From: Fimicolochytrium jonesii
Taxonomy: Eukaryota
Assembly: GCF_025526975.1 (NCBI RefSeq)
Contig: NW_026515668.1
Span: forward strand, 1,302,001-1,366,000
Direction of reading: 5' to 3'
Length of the DNA: 64,000 nt
This document shows, one piece after another, positions 63,036 to 64,000 of this stretch. The translations under genes were made by a program, and so were the position numbers. The notes beneath the pieces are model-generated. The model did not search any database and had not been told where the DNA came from. It was given only the letters and a program-made list of their open reading frames with translations. Numbering within the stretch: the stretch's first letter is position 1; every line of letters begins with the position of its first letter.

Positions 63036-63562
63036 GGTTGGCACTGCATACATCTGTCGAGGAAACAGGACACTGTCGCTATTTTGCTTCTTACAGACAA
63101 AACTTTGAAACCTTCAAAATCTGCGAAACTACGGCCTCTAAGTACGCCAAGCACCGCGCGAAGTGCACGAGATATACGCCTTATACGTATGAGGGAAGCT
63201 ATAAGAATAGAAGACGCACGCCTGCAATGCACCAGCCCCAGACCCTTGCCGTCTGAGCAGGAGGGGGATGTGTTTAGATCGAGGAGCAGCAGAAGTGTGC
63301 CGTTGTTCACAGAGTTCCCGGAGCCGGAAGTGTGCAATGGCCAACTTCCAAGCCCTCCGCGGCGGACGGAGCGGCCATGCAGCGCCACTTTCGACGGCCA
63401 TCTTCCCCTGGACCCTGTCTCTCGTAAGCACACTGACGCGTCCTGAACATGCATGCATATCGCACACTTCGATACTCGACGAGGCTCTGGGATCGTGGTG
63501 TTATATTCGTTCAGCGCAGCCTGATCAGTGTCAGTCTACATCCAGGTCTACATCCTTACAAA

Positions 63563-63965
63563 ATGGCCGACCAACGCAAATCTGTCCGTGAAATAATGAC
63601 GCAGAGCATAGGTTTCTGTCCGAAAGGTGAGCGCCCGCAATCGTGCTTGCCTTCATCCGATTTCGCAGTCTCACACAGCTTCCTTGCTCCCATTGAGTTC
63701 AGATGCACTAGGCTGGCTCTACGCCGCACGAGGCTACTACAAAACCCGTGACTACCACTCCGTCATCGAATGCGTCACGCCAGCCCTCCGCAACGACAGG
63801 ACGAAACGAGAAGCGCAACATCTCCTTGCTTTTAGCTTTCTGAATACGGGGCAGCTGGAAGCCGCTGCTGGAGCATTCTTCAAAAGCATCAATAATGGAA
63901 ATGACACGGATTGGCAGCCGTTGGTTGAGCTGCTGATGGACAACGCTGGTCTGAAATTGACATGA
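63563..63965 (+). CDS. Small TPR-like protein (2 exons)
   Basis: MADQRKSVREIMTQSIGFCPK, intron GTGAGC...TTCAG, then DALGWLYAARGYY...AQHLLAFSFLNTGQLEAAAGAFFKSI. Confidence 0.65.
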
Positions 63966-64000
63966 GGGTGGGATGCATGGCTGGGTGCAAATCGACAAGC

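Noticed and set aside
1..64000. tRNA, rRNA, operons or prokaryotic defence systems
   Set aside because: None recognised; genes are spliceosomal-intron-containing eukaryotic genes.

Overview
Eukaryotic, intron-rich fungal DNA (GT-AG introns with CTRAC branch points). The gene content (AA9 LPMO, Frizzled/Smoothened-like 7TM receptor, kinesin-4, haspin) suggests a chytrid or other zoosporic fungus, which is an inference. The standout is a visibly GC-rich, mobile-element-like block at 1-~7620, truncated at the left edge of the window. It carries an unknown acidic/basic ORF, a TET/JBP-like 2OG-Fe(II) dioxygenase, two tandem arrays (88 bp, and a 38-bp hairpin unit), a seven-exon Fanzor1 (eukaryotic TnpB-like RNA-guided nuclease, with one in-frame TGA) and a structured 3' segment where an omegaRNA would be expected. 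The rest is host DNA (RPS6, kinesin, haspin, NmrA-like, GPCR, AA9, PH protein, MVP1, VPS55, MKP-like phosphatase, RPL16, Kelch-TM-SH3, TPR). It also holds a decayed CMC/EnSpm-like transposon (~25.9-31.9 kb), a RING-Smr pseudogene, a cluster of three ~100-nt conserved hairpins (49.3-49.7 kb), a TA-flanked MITE and an F-box protein fused to a dynein stalk/MTBD-like domain. All calls are by-eye motif recognition; no searches were run.
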